A stretch of 24,667 nt of DNA from Candidatus Zixiibacteriota bacterium (GCA_029932605.1 JAOZPT010000039.1:1-24667), one strand, 5' to 3'; positions 8,588 to 18,559 are shown, numbered from the stretch's first letter. Made by a program: numbers and translations. Notes: a model not told the origin generated them from the letters alone.

Positions 8588-8967
8588 TAATCTTGGTCTA
8601 TAAGGTTCTTGTAGCCGTCAGGATCAAGCAGTTTATTGATTTCAGAGGGATCAGATATCTTGACTTTTATAATCCAGCCATCTCCATAAGGGCTCGAATT
8701 TATGATACCAGCATCATCTTCAAGAGCAGTGTTTATCTCAGTAACTTCGCCTGATATCGGTGAGAATAAATCCGAAACAGCCTTAACCGCCTCAATAGTG
8801 CCAAACGGCTTCATGAATTCAACTTTTGAGCCAACAGCCGGTAACTCAATAAATACGATATCACCAAGTTCACCCTGAGCGTAATCTGTAATACCGACGG
8901 TTGCTATATCACCATCGATTTTTACCCATTCATGTTCTTTTGAATATTTTAATTCTTCAGGTATCAA
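8587..8967 (-). CDS. gcvH: Glycine cleavage system H protein
   Basis: [29 protein letters not shown], lipoyl-lysine motif [19 protein letters not shown]. Confidence 0.97.
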   Translation of the reverse strand: MIPEELKYSKEHEWVKIDGDIATVGITDYAQGELGDIVFIELPAVGSKVEFMKPFGTIEAVKAVSDLFSPISGEVTEINTALEDDAGIINSSPYGDGWIIKVKISDPSEINKLLDPDGYKNLIDQD

Positions 8968-10346
8968 AAGACCTCCTTGCTTTTTGCCGGATTCTTAGCC
9001 AGAACACCAGCCATGAGTTTATCTATATACGAAGTATCATAGTTGCCAAAAATGAATACAGGGTCTTCAAAAATGCTTTTATAGAAATCGATTGGTGTGG
9101 GGACACCCTCAACTATGAATTCATCAAGTGCCCTTCTCATTCTCAGAATTGCCTCAGAACGGTCTTTACCATGGACTATCAATTTGGCAATTAAGGAGTC
9201 GTAATATTCGGGCATTTCATAGCCTGCATAGGCATGGGTATCAACTCTTACTCCCAGCCCTCCCGGTGTGTGAAATGTTGTAATTCTACCTGGTACGGGA
9301 GTAAAATTATTCACCGCGTTTTCAGCTGTAACACGGCACTCTATAGCGTGACCGTTAAACTTTATGTCCGATTGCTTGCACCTAAGTTGTTTTCCAGCAG
9401 CAATCTCAATTTGCTCTTTAATCAGGTCGATGTTCGTGATTTCTTCAGTAACTGTGTGCTCAACCTGTATACGGGTATTTACTTCCATAAAATAGAAATT
9501 ACCTTCGGGGTCAATTAGAAATTCAACCGTTCCGGCACTTGTATAACCTACCGCTTTAGCGCCCCTAATAGACGCCTTTCCCATTTTTTGGCGTAGTTGA
9601 TCATCAACAATAGCCGATGGTGATTCTTCGATAAGCTTTTGATGCCGTCTTTGTATGGTGCAATCACGTTCGCCCAGATGGATGATATTGCCATGGTTAT
9701 CCGCAAGTATCTGGACTTCAACATGGCGAGGATTTGCAATATATTTTTCAATATAAACCTCTGAGTTACCAAAGGCAACACCGGCTTCCGAACGCGCCAT
9801 GTCAAGCGCTTTTTCAAGGTCCTCCTGATTTTCCACCACACGCATTCCTCTACCACCACCACCAGCAGCAGCTTTTATAATAACAGGATAACCTATTACT
9901 TTTGTTATTTCAATAGCGTCATCGTAACTTTTGATTACTCCATCCGAGCCCGGGATCGTCGGAACACCAGCATTTCTCATTGTTTTTTTAGCAAGTGACT
10001 TATCACCCAAAAGCTGAATGACTTTTGGTGATGGTCCTATGAAAGCGATATCGCATGACTGGCAGACCTCGGCAAAGTCTGCGTTCTCGGCCAAGAAACC
10101 GTAACCTGGATGGATGGCTTCGGTATTTGTAATCTCGGCGGCAGCAATAACCCGCTTGGCATCAAGATAGCTCTCGGCCGGAGGACCCGGTCCAATACAG
10201 ACGTCCTCGTCAGCGAATCGAACATGCAAGGAATCAGCATCAGCTTCAGAATAAACAGCCACGGTCAAAACACCCAGTTCTTTGCATGCACGGATAATCC
10301 GCAGGGCTATTTCGCCTCTGTTTGCTACCAGAATTTTTTTAAACAA
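8964..10346 (-). CDS. accC: Acetyl-CoA carboxylase biotin carboxylase subunit
   Basis: [69 protein letters not shown]. Confidence 0.96.
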   Translation of the reverse strand: MFKKILVANRGEIALRIIRACKELGVLTVAVYSEADADSLHVRFADEDVCIGPGPPAESYLDAKRVIAAAEITNTEAIHPGYGFLAENADFAEVCQSCDIAFIGPSPKVIQLLGDKSLAKKTMRNAGVPTIPGSDGVIKSYDDAIEITKVIGYPVIIKAAAGGGGRGMRVVENQEDLEKALDMARSEAGVAFGNSEVYIEKYIANPRHVEVQILADNHGNIIHLGERDCTIQRRHQKLIEESPSAIVDDQLRQKMGKASIRGAKAVGYTSAGTVEFLIDPEGNFYFMEVNTRIQVEHTVTEEITNIDLIKEQIEIAAGKQLRCKQSDIKFNGHAIECRVTAENAVNNFTPVPGRITTFHTPGGLGVRVDTHAYAGYEMPEYYDSLIAKLIVHGKDRSEAILRMRRALDEFIVEGVPTPIDFYKSIFEDPVFIFGNYDTSYIDKLMAGVLAKNPAKSKEVF

Positions 10347-10416
10347 ATTGTAATCCTACTCAATAAAAGCCAAAAAGCTGAAAAAACAGCTTCTCAAGCA
10401 ACATTGTCATTATTTA

Positions 10417-10444
10417 AATATATCAAACTATTGCCCGCTGTCAA
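10417..10444 (-). promoter_or_regulatory. Putative sigma70 promoter of the accC-gcv operon
   Basis: Minus strand TTGACA (10444-10439), 16 bp, TATATT (10422-10417), about 70 bp upstream of the accC start. Confidence 0.6.
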
Positions 10445-10566
10445 TGATTTGTAAAAAATGATGACTTCAACTTGAATATATTTATTGAAAATCCCAATGT
10501 TATTAAAATATGTAAAATATCGCCAATACTTAAAGTAATATATTATAAAAATAACGTAATATATAC

Positions 10567-10601
10567 ATGTATCATTAGATACATAATCGTGTTTCGATAC
10601 A
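10567..10601. promoter_or_regulatory. Palindromic candidate transcription factor site
   Basis: Perfect inverted repeat ATGTATC-ATTA-GATACAT (10567-10584) and related TGTTTCGATACA (10590-10601) in AT-rich intergenic DNA upstream of accC. Confidence 0.35.
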
Positions 10602-10636
10602 AGATAATAATTTTGCAGCTACAGGAAAATCAGGTT

Positions 10637-11941
10637 TTATTTAACAAGTACCATTGCTTTCGTTTGAGTGAAACGCGGAGTAATCAACTTGTAAAGATAG
10701 GTTCCGCTTGATAATCCCATTCCATTAAAAGTCGTAGAATGTTCACCGGCATCGCAAATGCCATCTACGAGAGTTGCCACCTCTCTACCCAAGATATCAT
10801 AAACTTTTAATGTTACATGTGAGTTCTCTGGAAGCGTGAAGATGATCCTAGTTGTAGGATTAAATGGATTCGGAAGATTTTGATGCAATCCAATTCCATT
10901 TTGGCCAGATGAAATAATGGAATCATCATATGACGTGATATCAAACTCAATTATTTTAACTCTTCTCAAATCTGCTATTCCCAGGCCAAGCTCCTCTGCA
11001 CGTTGTAGTGTCGGTTGTATACGATGGGCATTGAATGTCTCATCATTTTCCTCCATAAGCTGGGCACAATAGGCATCTGTGGCAACCATGTCACCACAAA
11101 TTACAATTTTGTTTACTTCCCTGATTTCACCGCCATATGATAGAAGAGGACCGTTAATAGCCATAATAGAGCGAGCATCCACAATGGACAACTCTGGATT
11201 TATAAGTCCAGCTAATTCGGCAAGTATATGTAAAAATTCAATTGATCGGTCAGGGAAAGTGTGAATATAGTACCTCGTATCCGTTCGGTAAGGGCCAGAA
11301 ATAGTGCCCACATGATGTTTGATGGCACAGGTTAAAAACGCCTTGTAGTGGCGTTTCAAACTACAAAGGTTTACTATGAGGGGGGCATCATATATATCAG
11401 TGTAAACCTTGAAATCGGGGATGTCAGGTTCCCAGGTATCGCGTCTTACATCATAAACGTCTGAAAATGTTATCAATGTTCCACCAGCCTGAGTTATAGC
11501 CTGATATAACTGCAAGAATCTGTAGATGTCTTGATTATTAATAGCCCCAGCATCTCCAACATTGATAGCCCCTGATGTAACCATCCTTACAGATTCAATT
11601 GTTGCTACAACAGAATCAATATCCGAGGTTGTAGGATATTCCTCAGTATAAACACAATTCGGTTTAATCAGGACATCTTGATGGTTACCGATAAGTTTAT
11701 CGAGCCCGCCTATTGCAGATAACCCGGCGATAAGCATCTGCTTAAAATTTGTTCCCTTTACACAAACTAGAATCGGACGGCCATCAGGAGTAACAAAAGG
11801 ATTAGCAATCCTCTCCCTGGGCTGGAGAGTTAATGGTTTCGACAGTAAAGACTTAGTAAATGGTAAAAACGTGACAAGTGAAACGATATATTTAGAAAGG
11901 GTTTTAATAAAGCTTCTGCGGCTCTCAAGTTCCTTAAACAT
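10637..11941 (-). CDS. DUF362 domain protein with Tat signal peptide and C-terminal T9SS type-A/FlgD-like sorting domain
   Basis: SRRSFIK twin-arginine motif; DUF362 hallmarks (AIGGLDKLI...VLIKPN, NLCSLKRH...TCAIKHHVG, PELSIVDA, DMVATDAY, AEELGLG); C-terminal LHQNLPNPFNPTTRIIFTLP...VYDILGREVATLV...LSSGTYLYKL...KAMVLVK. Confidence 0.88.
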   Translation of the reverse strand: MFKELESRRSFIKTLSKYIVSLVTFLPFTKSLLSKPLTLQPRERIANPFVTPDGRPILVCVKGTNFKQMLIAGLSAIGGLDKLIGNHQDVLIKPNCVYTEEYPTTSDIDSVVATIESVRMVTSGAINVGDAGAINNQDIYRFLQLYQAITQAGGTLITFSDVYDVRRDTWEPDIPDFKVYTDIYDAPLIVNLCSLKRHYKAFLTCAIKHHVGTISGPYRTDTRYYIHTFPDRSIEFLHILAELAGLINPELSIVDARSIMAINGPLLSYGGEIREVNKIVICGDMVATDAYCAQLMEENDETFNAHRIQPTLQRAEELGLGIADLRRVKIIEFDITSYDDSIISSGQNGIGLHQNLPNPFNPTTRIIFTLPENSHVTLKVYDILGREVATLVDGICDAGEHSTTFNGMGLSSGTYLYKLITPRFTQTKAMVLVK

Positions 11942-12199
11942 TTTATCACCGTTTTTTAGATGAATAAGAACAGATCACCTACTTGATTAAAATTATACAA
12001 GTCAGGTTAAAAACACAAGCATTTTTTTACATCAATTTTACAGTAATAATTTAAATAAGTTGTGAAACCGATACATTGTAAAAAATTCCGCGTAAGTTCC
12101 ACAATCTCAATGTATTCTGCTGTTCCATAATATCAAAAGTGTGATGTTAACAATAAAAACAGATACTTTTACAAAAATATTTAAGTTTAATATTTTATC

Positions 12200-12227
12200 T
12201 TGACAATTAACCTTATAAATATATTTT
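12200..12227 (+). promoter_or_regulatory. Putative sigma70 promoter of the rhodanese-MauE pair (likely leaderless transcript)
   Basis: TTGACA (12200-12205), 16 bp, TATTTT (12222-12227); ATG at 12234 with no SD in between. Confidence 0.55.
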
Positions 12228-12233
12228 CAATGT

Positions 12234-12737
12234 ATGTTAAGAATTATCAAAGAGACGATCATTTTATTCGTCTTGATTATCCTCATAGCCTTTATAGCTA
12301 ATTCCGTATCGCCCAAGAGAATACCATATATCGGAACCTGGTATGATAATCGCGATAAAATTGCGCTGGATAAACCCCCATCTTATGACCCTGACTATGA
12401 TTCCCTTCTGACTATGGAAGATGCCTTTTATTTATGGAAATCCGGGGATGCTGTGTTCATTGATGCACGTGATAAATCTGAATATAATTCAGGCCATATA
12501 AGTGGTGCAATAAACCTTCCATTCGAACATTGGGATAATTACTGGGATTATGTGTCATCGCTTATCACTCCCCAGACCAAGATTGTAACCTATTGCGGAG
12601 GTTACAATTGCGAGCTATCTGTCGATGCCGCCAGAGAACTTAAAGTTTTAGGATATCCTAATACATATATATTTTTTAATGGTTACGATAAATGGTTAGA
12701 GTTAAATCTTCCCCGAGAAACATCCAGTGAAGAATAA
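12234..12737 (+). CDS. Membrane-anchored rhodanese-like domain protein
   Basis: N-terminal hydrophobic helix; FIDAR...EYNSGHISGAINLP; active-site loop YCGGYNCELS; GGx-like FNGYDKW. Confidence 0.9.
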   Translation: MLRIIKETIILFVLIILIAFIANSVSPKRIPYIGTWYDNRDKIALDKPPSYDPDYDSLLTMEDAFYLWKSGDAVFIDARDKSEYNSGHISGAINLPFEHWDNYWDYVSSLITPQTKIVTYCGGYNCELSVDAARELKVLGYPNTYIFFNGYDKWLELNLPRETSSEE

Positions 12738-13197
12738 ACATCAAAACAAATTAAAGTTGTTTTTAACCAAGAGTCATTGGTCAATATTTGTGATAAGGCT
12801 GGTTATCGGAGGCGTTTTTATCTATGCCTCTATCGATAAAATCATGCATCCCGATGTATTCGCGAAAATCATCCATAACTACCACCTTCTACATCCAGGT
12901 TTAATAAATTTATTGGCTATTACACTACCATGGTTTGAGCTGGTCTGCGGAGTTTGTTTGGTCGTCGGTTATAAATATAGAGGTGCTACTTTAATATTAC
13001 TAATTATGCTGGCTGTTTTCATATTTGCCTTATCAATCAACTACGCCAGAGGAATCAACATCAACTGTGGTTGCTTTTCCACTTCTCGGTCTACAAGAAC
13101 CGATTTATTATGGGGCATAATCGAAGATATTATATTGATCGCCGGCTGTACTATTATTCTATTTAAGAGTAAATTTAAAAAACAAGAAAACCTTTGA
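12727..13197 (+). CDS. MauE/DoxX family membrane protein
   Basis: RLVIGGVFIYASIDKI, LPWFELVCG, and the GININCGCF motif; four hydrophobic segments; overlaps the rhodanese stop. Confidence 0.9.
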   Translation: MKNKHQNKLKLFLTKSHWSIFVIRLVIGGVFIYASIDKIMHPDVFAKIIHNYHLLHPGLINLLAITLPWFELVCGVCLVVGYKYRGATLILLIMLAVFIFALSINYARGININCGCFSTSRSTRTDLLWGIIEDIILIAGCTIILFKSKFKKQENL

Positions 13198-13234
13198 TCA
13201 ACATATAATAGATTTAATATAAATCAGAATAAGA

Positions 13235-14452
13235 TTAACCTTCGGGTTCAGCAATAACCTGGACTTTGACTTTACTACCAGCTTTAATATAACCTGAGTT
13301 AGCTGGAATCACAATTAAGCCATTAATTGTAGAAAAGGCGCTAACTGAATAGGTTTTTTTAAAATTTGGGATAACGGTAAAACCGTTATCATTAAGAGTT
13401 ACCACTCCTCTCATGAAAGTAGTGACGCCATCAGCTCCTTTTATGTCTTTAGTAACAGTTGCCAGAACCTCTGTCCTTTTAACTATCTTTTTACCCATCA
13501 TCTTCATGATAGCAGGGCGTATAAACTGTTCAAGGACTATGTAGAAAGAAAACGGATGTCCTGAAAGGCCAAAAATTGGCACATTCCCGCAGGTGCCGAA
13601 GATTATTGGTTTACCCGGTCTTATGGCAACTTTCCAGAATTTAATATCCATACCAACCTGCTCAAGAATTTTTTTAACATAAGTGAAATCGTCAATAGCG
13701 GGTCCCGCTGAGCTGATAAACATATCATAATCAAGCCCCTTAGAAATCTTATTCAATATTACATTTTTATTATGATTTGAAAGTCCTAGGTCAACAGGTT
13801 CCGCACCGTATTCAGCCAACTGTGAATAAAGCGTAAACCTATTAGATGACCTCATCAAACCAGTTGGTAATGGGCCATTACTTTCGGTTAATTCTCTACC
13901 AGTTGTCAAAAACGAAACTTTGGGAATGCGGTAACATTTTATTTCCGTATAACCAATAGCTGAAAGAAGCCCGATATCAGCAGCGTTTAGACTTTTTCCT
14001 TTGGGTAAAACAAGCTTCCCCTTAGTAATATCTTCCCCTTTCAAGCGGATATTTTCACCGGGTTGAGCTACTTTGTAAATTAAAACCTTCTTGCTTGATT
14101 GTCGAACACCATGTTCCTCCATTAACACCGTATCAGCTCCCTCTGGAAGAGGGGCTCCCATACTTATTCGCAGCGTATGTTTGGATTTAAGAGGTGCTTG
14201 CCACTGTTGTCCGGGAAGTAACTCGCCATCTAAATGGAGCTGAACCGGATTTGAAGAGGTTGTGCCAACGGTATCGGTCGACCTGAGTGCATAACCAGTT
14301 ATCGATGCATAATCGAATGATGGAATATCTTCCGGTGATATTACATCCTCCGCCAGGACCTTCCCTCTGGCATTGAGAATAGGTATGTTCATAGGTTCCT
14401 GAACCTCTATAGAGTCCAGGACAATTTGCAGGGCTTTTTCAACAGAAATCAT
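13235..14452 (-). CDS. moeA: MoeA/Glp (gephyrin E-domain) family protein with degenerate catalytic motifs
   Basis: Full-length MoeA scaffold (MISVEKAL, GKVLAEDV, GAPLPEGADTV, GENIRLKGEDI, FWKVAIRPGKP, NGLIVIP); several conserved motifs are substituted (see findings). Confidence 0.88.
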   Translation of the reverse strand: MISVEKALQIVLDSIEVQEPMNIPILNARGKVLAEDVISPEDIPSFDYASITGYALRSTDTVGTTSSNPVQLHLDGELLPGQQWQAPLKSKHTLRISMGAPLPEGADTVLMEEHGVRQSSKKVLIYKVAQPGENIRLKGEDITKGKLVLPKGKSLNAADIGLLSAIGYTEIKCYRIPKVSFLTTGRELTESNGPLPTGLMRSSNRFTLYSQLAEYGAEPVDLGLSNHNKNVILNKISKGLDYDMFISSAGPAIDDFTYVKKILEQVGMDIKFWKVAIRPGKPIIFGTCGNVPIFGLSGHPFSFYIVLEQFIRPAIMKMMGKKIVKRTEVLATVTKDIKGADGVTTFMRGVVTLNDNGFTVIPNFKKTYSVSAFSTINGLIVIPANSGYIKAGSKVKVQVIAEPEG

Positions 14453-14623
14453 TTTCCCCCTCTCTTTCTCTACTTCTTACTAAGACCGAAAATTAACTGT
14501 AGATATAATATCTAAAAAAACATAAACCCAAAAATGAACATTATTAAAACAACCAGAATGTTTAATAAGGAACAACCTATTTCCTTATTGAGGTTTTTAT
14601 TTTAAATATTTGAAAATGTCAAG

Positions 14624-14658
14624 AAAAAAAATGTCCCTGTAACAAAAATACAGGGACA
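14624..14658 (-). terminator. Rho-independent terminator downstream of the S41 peptidase gene
   Basis: 10-bp perfect stem TGTCCCTGTA (14632-14641)/TACAGGGACA (14649-14658), 7-nt loop, followed on the minus strand by a T run (A run 14624-14631). Confidence 0.85.
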
Positions 14659-14715
14659 AACAGGTTTATTAAAAACAATGAAAAAACCCGGATTATATTT
14701 TAAGTATCTTAAGCA

Positions 14716-16392
14716 TTAACCACCTGATTCAAGTATGTTTGAATACGCATCAGTGGAGGTTAACGTTTCCACAGCTTTTTTTACGCAGGGATCGGTTTTT
14801 AAAACAATCTGTCTGTAAACAGCTTTTTCACCATACAATTTTGTAAGAATATCTCTTTTTATAGACCTTGATAAATATTCAATACTCTCATCAAACTCCC
14901 GTTGCTTGTCAATTTCTACCTTTTGTTTTAAATCGTCAAGGAGTTCGGAGTATTCGGCGGTTTTGTTAGCCTGTTCGATTGTATTTTTCAATTTTTCATA
15001 GTCCTTTTCAATTTGTGACTTATAGGAAAAATCCTTTTCTTTTAAAAACTGTTTAAATTCATCGATAATCTGAGGAGTAACATCGAAATCCTCACGTAAA
15101 TCAGGGTGTTCGGTCGTATATTTTATCGAGAAATCAAAAAACATAGATAATCTTTCAAGATTCAACTCCAGGGAATTCAATTTATGCTCTTCCACTTCTA
15201 TATCGGGAATGACACCTCCTCCACCATAGACAACCCGTCCTCCCTTGGTGAAAAATACATCTTTTTTCTCTTCGGTCTCGTCTACGTTTTTCTCCGCTAT
15301 ATCCATGTTGTCAGGGTGCCGTTTCGAGCGCGAATCCTTTTGGATACATCTTCCCGAAGGTATATACCATTTTGCTGTTGTGAGTTTTAAGGCCACATCA
15401 TCAGAAAGCGGATACACCTGCTGGACAAGCCCTTTACCAAATGTGTCGTTGCCAATGATGATTCCTCGGTCCCAATCCTGAATGGCGCCGGCTACTATCT
15501 CGGAGGCAGAGGCTGACATCCCATTTACAAGGATGACCACCGGTACCGAATCAGGGATTAAAGGTTTATCGCTTGCATATAGAGTTCGATTTTGGTCAGA
15601 TGTTCGTCCTTTGGTCGATGTAACCTCAGCCCCTTTGGGTAGAAAATAATCAGCCACATTGACTGCCTGACTCAAAAGTCCACCGCCATTAGAGCGAAGG
15701 TCAAATATCAAACCGTCGATATTTTCTTTCATTATTTCTTTGAAAGCCACATCGAGCTCGTTTTTAGCCTCTTCGCCAAACCGAGCCAATCTCACATAAC
15801 CCAGCGTCTTACCGTTGGCTTCAAACGTTGTGTAAAAAGGAACGGTTTTAAGCTCGATAACAGCCCTCTCAATCGTATACTCAAGAGCCTCATCAACTCC
15901 CTGTCGTTTAATGGTCAGAGTTACTTTTGTTCCAGCAGGGCCCCGCATAAGGCTTGAAGCCTCCTGAGTACTCATACCCCTGGTTGATTTACCATCAATC
16001 TTGATAATTTGGTCACCCGCCTTTAAACCCATACGGTATGCCGGTGTCCCTTCCATAGGCGCCACAACGGTCACGACCTCATCTTTTAACATGATGGTCA
16101 TACCCAATCCCTGGTATTTTCCTTTGGTGGTTTCCTGAAGTTTATTGTAATCCACCTCTTCTAAAAATTCCGAGAAAGGGTCAAGAGTATTCATCATGCC
16201 TTTTATACCAGAATATATTAACTCCTTGGCATCTACATCATCAACATATCGGGCAGATATTCGGAAAGCGATATCGGATGATAACCTTATGAAACTATAA
16301 AGAGAATCATTCGGTTTCTGAGCGGAAACGGACAAAAATATGAATGTAATTATTACAGCTGATATGATAATAGTTCCAGCTCTCTTAAACAT
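14716..16392 (-). CDS. S41 family carboxyl-terminal processing protease (CtpA/Prc-like, PDZ domain)
   Basis: Signal peptide; LDPFSEF; PDZ (GLGM...PAYRMGLKAGD); DLRSNGGGLL; catalytic SASASEIVAGAIQD and TFGKG; LKLTTAKWYIPSGRCIQ. Confidence 0.95.
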   Translation of the reverse strand: MFKRAGTIIISAVIITFIFLSVSAQKPNDSLYSFIRLSSDIAFRISARYVDDVDAKELIYSGIKGMMNTLDPFSEFLEEVDYNKLQETTKGKYQGLGMTIMLKDEVVTVVAPMEGTPAYRMGLKAGDQIIKIDGKSTRGMSTQEASSLMRGPAGTKVTLTIKRQGVDEALEYTIERAVIELKTVPFYTTFEANGKTLGYVRLARFGEEAKNELDVAFKEIMKENIDGLIFDLRSNGGGLLSQAVNVADYFLPKGAEVTSTKGRTSDQNRTLYASDKPLIPDSVPVVILVNGMSASASEIVAGAIQDWDRGIIIGNDTFGKGLVQQVYPLSDDVALKLTTAKWYIPSGRCIQKDSRSKRHPDNMDIAEKNVDETEEKKDVFFTKGGRVVYGGGGVIPDIEVEEHKLNSLELNLERLSMFFDFSIKYTTEHPDLREDFDVTPQIIDEFKQFLKEKDFSYKSQIEKDYEKLKNTIEQANKTAEYSELLDDLKQKVEIDKQREFDESIEYLSRSIKRDILTKLYGEKAVYRQIVLKTDPCVKKAVETLTSTDAYSNILESGG

Positions 16393-16456
16393 TTAACCTC
16401 CTATTTCGCTCTATCATAACTTCAGTAAACCCCCCGATAGGAGCTTACAAGTTTAT

Positions 16457-18559
16457 TTACTTTCTGGCCCACCTATTTGTTGCAAATAGGACTACACCTA
16501 ACAAACATATAATATAAAAAACAGATCTAAAAGGCAAAGCCGAAATTAAAATTGCCAGTCCAGCCAATGTACCTATCATTGCCCCTCCCAGATCAACCGC
16601 ATACGGCAAACCGGGTTTTGTATCAAAAGGTTTTGAACTTGAGGTAAAACCGAGTCCGCCCGCAAAACCTGCCATAGTTACTATCATTAACAAGATCCAT
16701 TCCCGGCCTGGAGTCAGTAAAAGCAAACCAGATAATAACACAAATAAAACACACGCTACTAAAGATCCATTATATTTATTCTTCGGCAGAACTGGATGTT
16801 TATTATAATGAGTGCCCAAAAATGCTCCAAGGGCCATTCCTATCATAAAAAGGCCAAGTATAATTCCAAGGGCTATATAAAGATAACCTCCTAAAAGCTG
16901 TGTGTAAAATAACACGATAATTTCCAATATAAACGAGGTTACTCCAAAATAGAAGATATTCAACAATTGTAGGAATTTTTTACCATGAAAACCGGATGAC
17001 ATTAAAATCAAAAACAATATAATCACAGTAATTATAGTCAAAACTGGAAGGTTAATAATCCTCTTTAAATTATATTTAAATCCAAACTGGGAAAAATAGT
17101 AGGAGAGACCGTATCCTATTGATAATGGCCCGGTCATTCTTACCGGTTGATTAAGTTGAGCTTGCACCTGGTTCGTTTTGAACGGATTTGTGCGGGACCT
17201 TATTAAGGCAGGATTAAAATAAGGAGAATCGATCTGAAGCGTATTATATCTATTTATCAATTCTTCAGAGGTTAAAGCGATATCAATATTATCGCCACAT
17301 ATAAATGTAATTTTTTGCCCTGGTATAAAATAGACATTGATGAAATTGTCCTTAAGAATATTATAGATTGAGACCAATCTCTGTTTTAAGTCATCACACC
17401 AAAGGCCATCATAAGCGGATACGGATACTGATAATACTCCATCTCCCGTAAGTTTATCTTTACAAAAACCGAAAAATCTTCTTGTCTCAAGACGGTAATC
17501 ATAAAGGGATAAGAGGGGCCCAAGATTAAGAATAATAGCATCAAATCTATCCCGGGTTTCCCTGAAAAAAACGACGGGATCATTCACCTGACAATTATCA
17601 TCTGACGGCAGATATTCCGGTTTTATCAGTTCCCTCCAGCTTCTCTCGGGATATATGTACAACCTTTTTATATGGGAAGGAATAAATCTATCTACCATAT
17701 GAGACTCTGCTCTTACAAGAGCGATGTTACTCATGTCGGGTTTTACCAGATACGGCCAGTAAAATAATTCCTGGCCTGTTATTTCATCAGGAAAATCGGC
17801 TATTTTAATACCACCCGAATATAGAGAGGTTATCCTCTTGGTTTTAATGCTGTCATACCTGACAAGCCTTCCTGAAACTGACTTTAAAAATATATAAGGT
17901 CGAAAACGAATTTTTAATAAAAGGTTTTCCAATGGGTCTCCAGCTCCAAAGACCAAAAGCATAATGCAAGCGATAAAAACAATCGCCTTTATCGAGGCTT
18001 TAGTTCGTATGAATGCTATAAGGCAAACAAAAGCGATAAAGATCAAAAATGAGTAATCCCTGCCACCACTAACATAGTAGATTGTTGTAATCACACCACC
18101 AATTAAGGCACCGAATGCTTCTCCCCAATATGTTCTGCCCGAGCGCCCCGAACCTTTGATATTCGAAGCTATTGATGAAAACAGACCACCATTTATCAGA
18201 CAAATCGGGAGAAGTGTAATGATAATTGTGATCGTGTATATAAATGGTGGTATTAACTGGCCTGGTATTATACCTGCTATTCTAGGCGACAAGAAGAAAA
18301 CAAGAGCAGATACAGGCGTTAGAAATGCTAATATTAAAAACAGACGTGAAGGATTTACTTTTTTTATAAAAAACGCACCTGTAGATGTAAACAACAACCA
18401 GAAAAAGAAGAACAGACTTAGATAGACCTCGTTACCACCGGCGAAACCAACTGCCAGTCGGGCATAGGAGACCTGTATAGATAAGCTGATAAGACCTAAA
18501 TAAAATGCGCCTGATATTAATTCCAGACGCCGGGGATCTGGCTTTTGCAGTAGGGACAT
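16457..18559 (-). CDS. Multi-pass membrane protein of the fused membrane/spermidine-synthase-like family, with degenerate methyltransferase-fold motifs
   Basis: N-terminal TM block (IQVSYARL...GGNEVYLSLFFFFWLL, YWGEAFGALIGG), central soluble domain (FDAIILNL...FFGFCKDKLTGDGVL), C-terminal TM block (GYLYIALGIILGLFMIGMALG, YAVDLGGAMIG). Overlaps amrS by 43 nt with GAGGGG upstream of its ATG. Confidence 0.75.
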   Translation of the reverse strand: MSLLQKPDPRRLELISGAFYLGLISLSIQVSYARLAVGFAGGNEVYLSLFFFFWLLFTSTGAFFIKKVNPSRLFLILAFLTPVSALVFFLSPRIAGIIPGQLIPPFIYTITIIITLLPICLINGGLFSSIASNIKGSGRSGRTYWGEAFGALIGGVITTIYYVSGGRDYSFLIFIAFVCLIAFIRTKASIKAIVFIACIMLLVFGAGDPLENLLLKIRFRPYIFLKSVSGRLVRYDSIKTKRITSLYSGGIKIADFPDEITGQELFYWPYLVKPDMSNIALVRAESHMVDRFIPSHIKRLYIYPERSWRELIKPEYLPSDDNCQVNDPVVFFRETRDRFDAIILNLGPLLSLYDYRLETRRFFGFCKDKLTGDGVLSVSVSAYDGLWCDDLKQRLVSIYNILKDNFINVYFIPGQKITFICGDNIDIALTSEELINRYNTLQIDSPYFNPALIRSRTNPFKTNQVQAQLNQPVRMTGPLSIGYGLSYYFSQFGFKYNLKRIINLPVLTIITVIILFLILMSSGFHGKKFLQLLNIFYFGVTSFILEIIVLFYTQLLGGYLYIALGIILGLFMIGMALGAFLGTHYNKHPVLPKNKYNGSLVACVLFVLLSGLLLLTPGREWILLMIVTMAGFAGGLGFTSSSKPFDTKPGLPYAVDLGGAMIGTLAGLAILISALPFRSVFYIICLLGVVLFATNRWARK

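Noticed and set aside
3163..10240. Numerous short alternative ORFs within the ECF, gcv and accC genes
   Set aside because: All lie inside well-supported conserved genes on the opposite strand or frame.
10110..10711. ORFs 10110..10454 and 10472..10711 as a missing accB or small protein
   Set aside because: No biotinyl-lysine motif; wrong strand relative to accC; low-complexity AT-rich translation overlapping neighbouring genes.
12140..12155. TGTGATGTTAACAATA as a CRP/FNR site in the divergent DUF362/rhodanese intergenic region
   Set aside because: Only one half-site matches; not distinguishable from AT-rich background.
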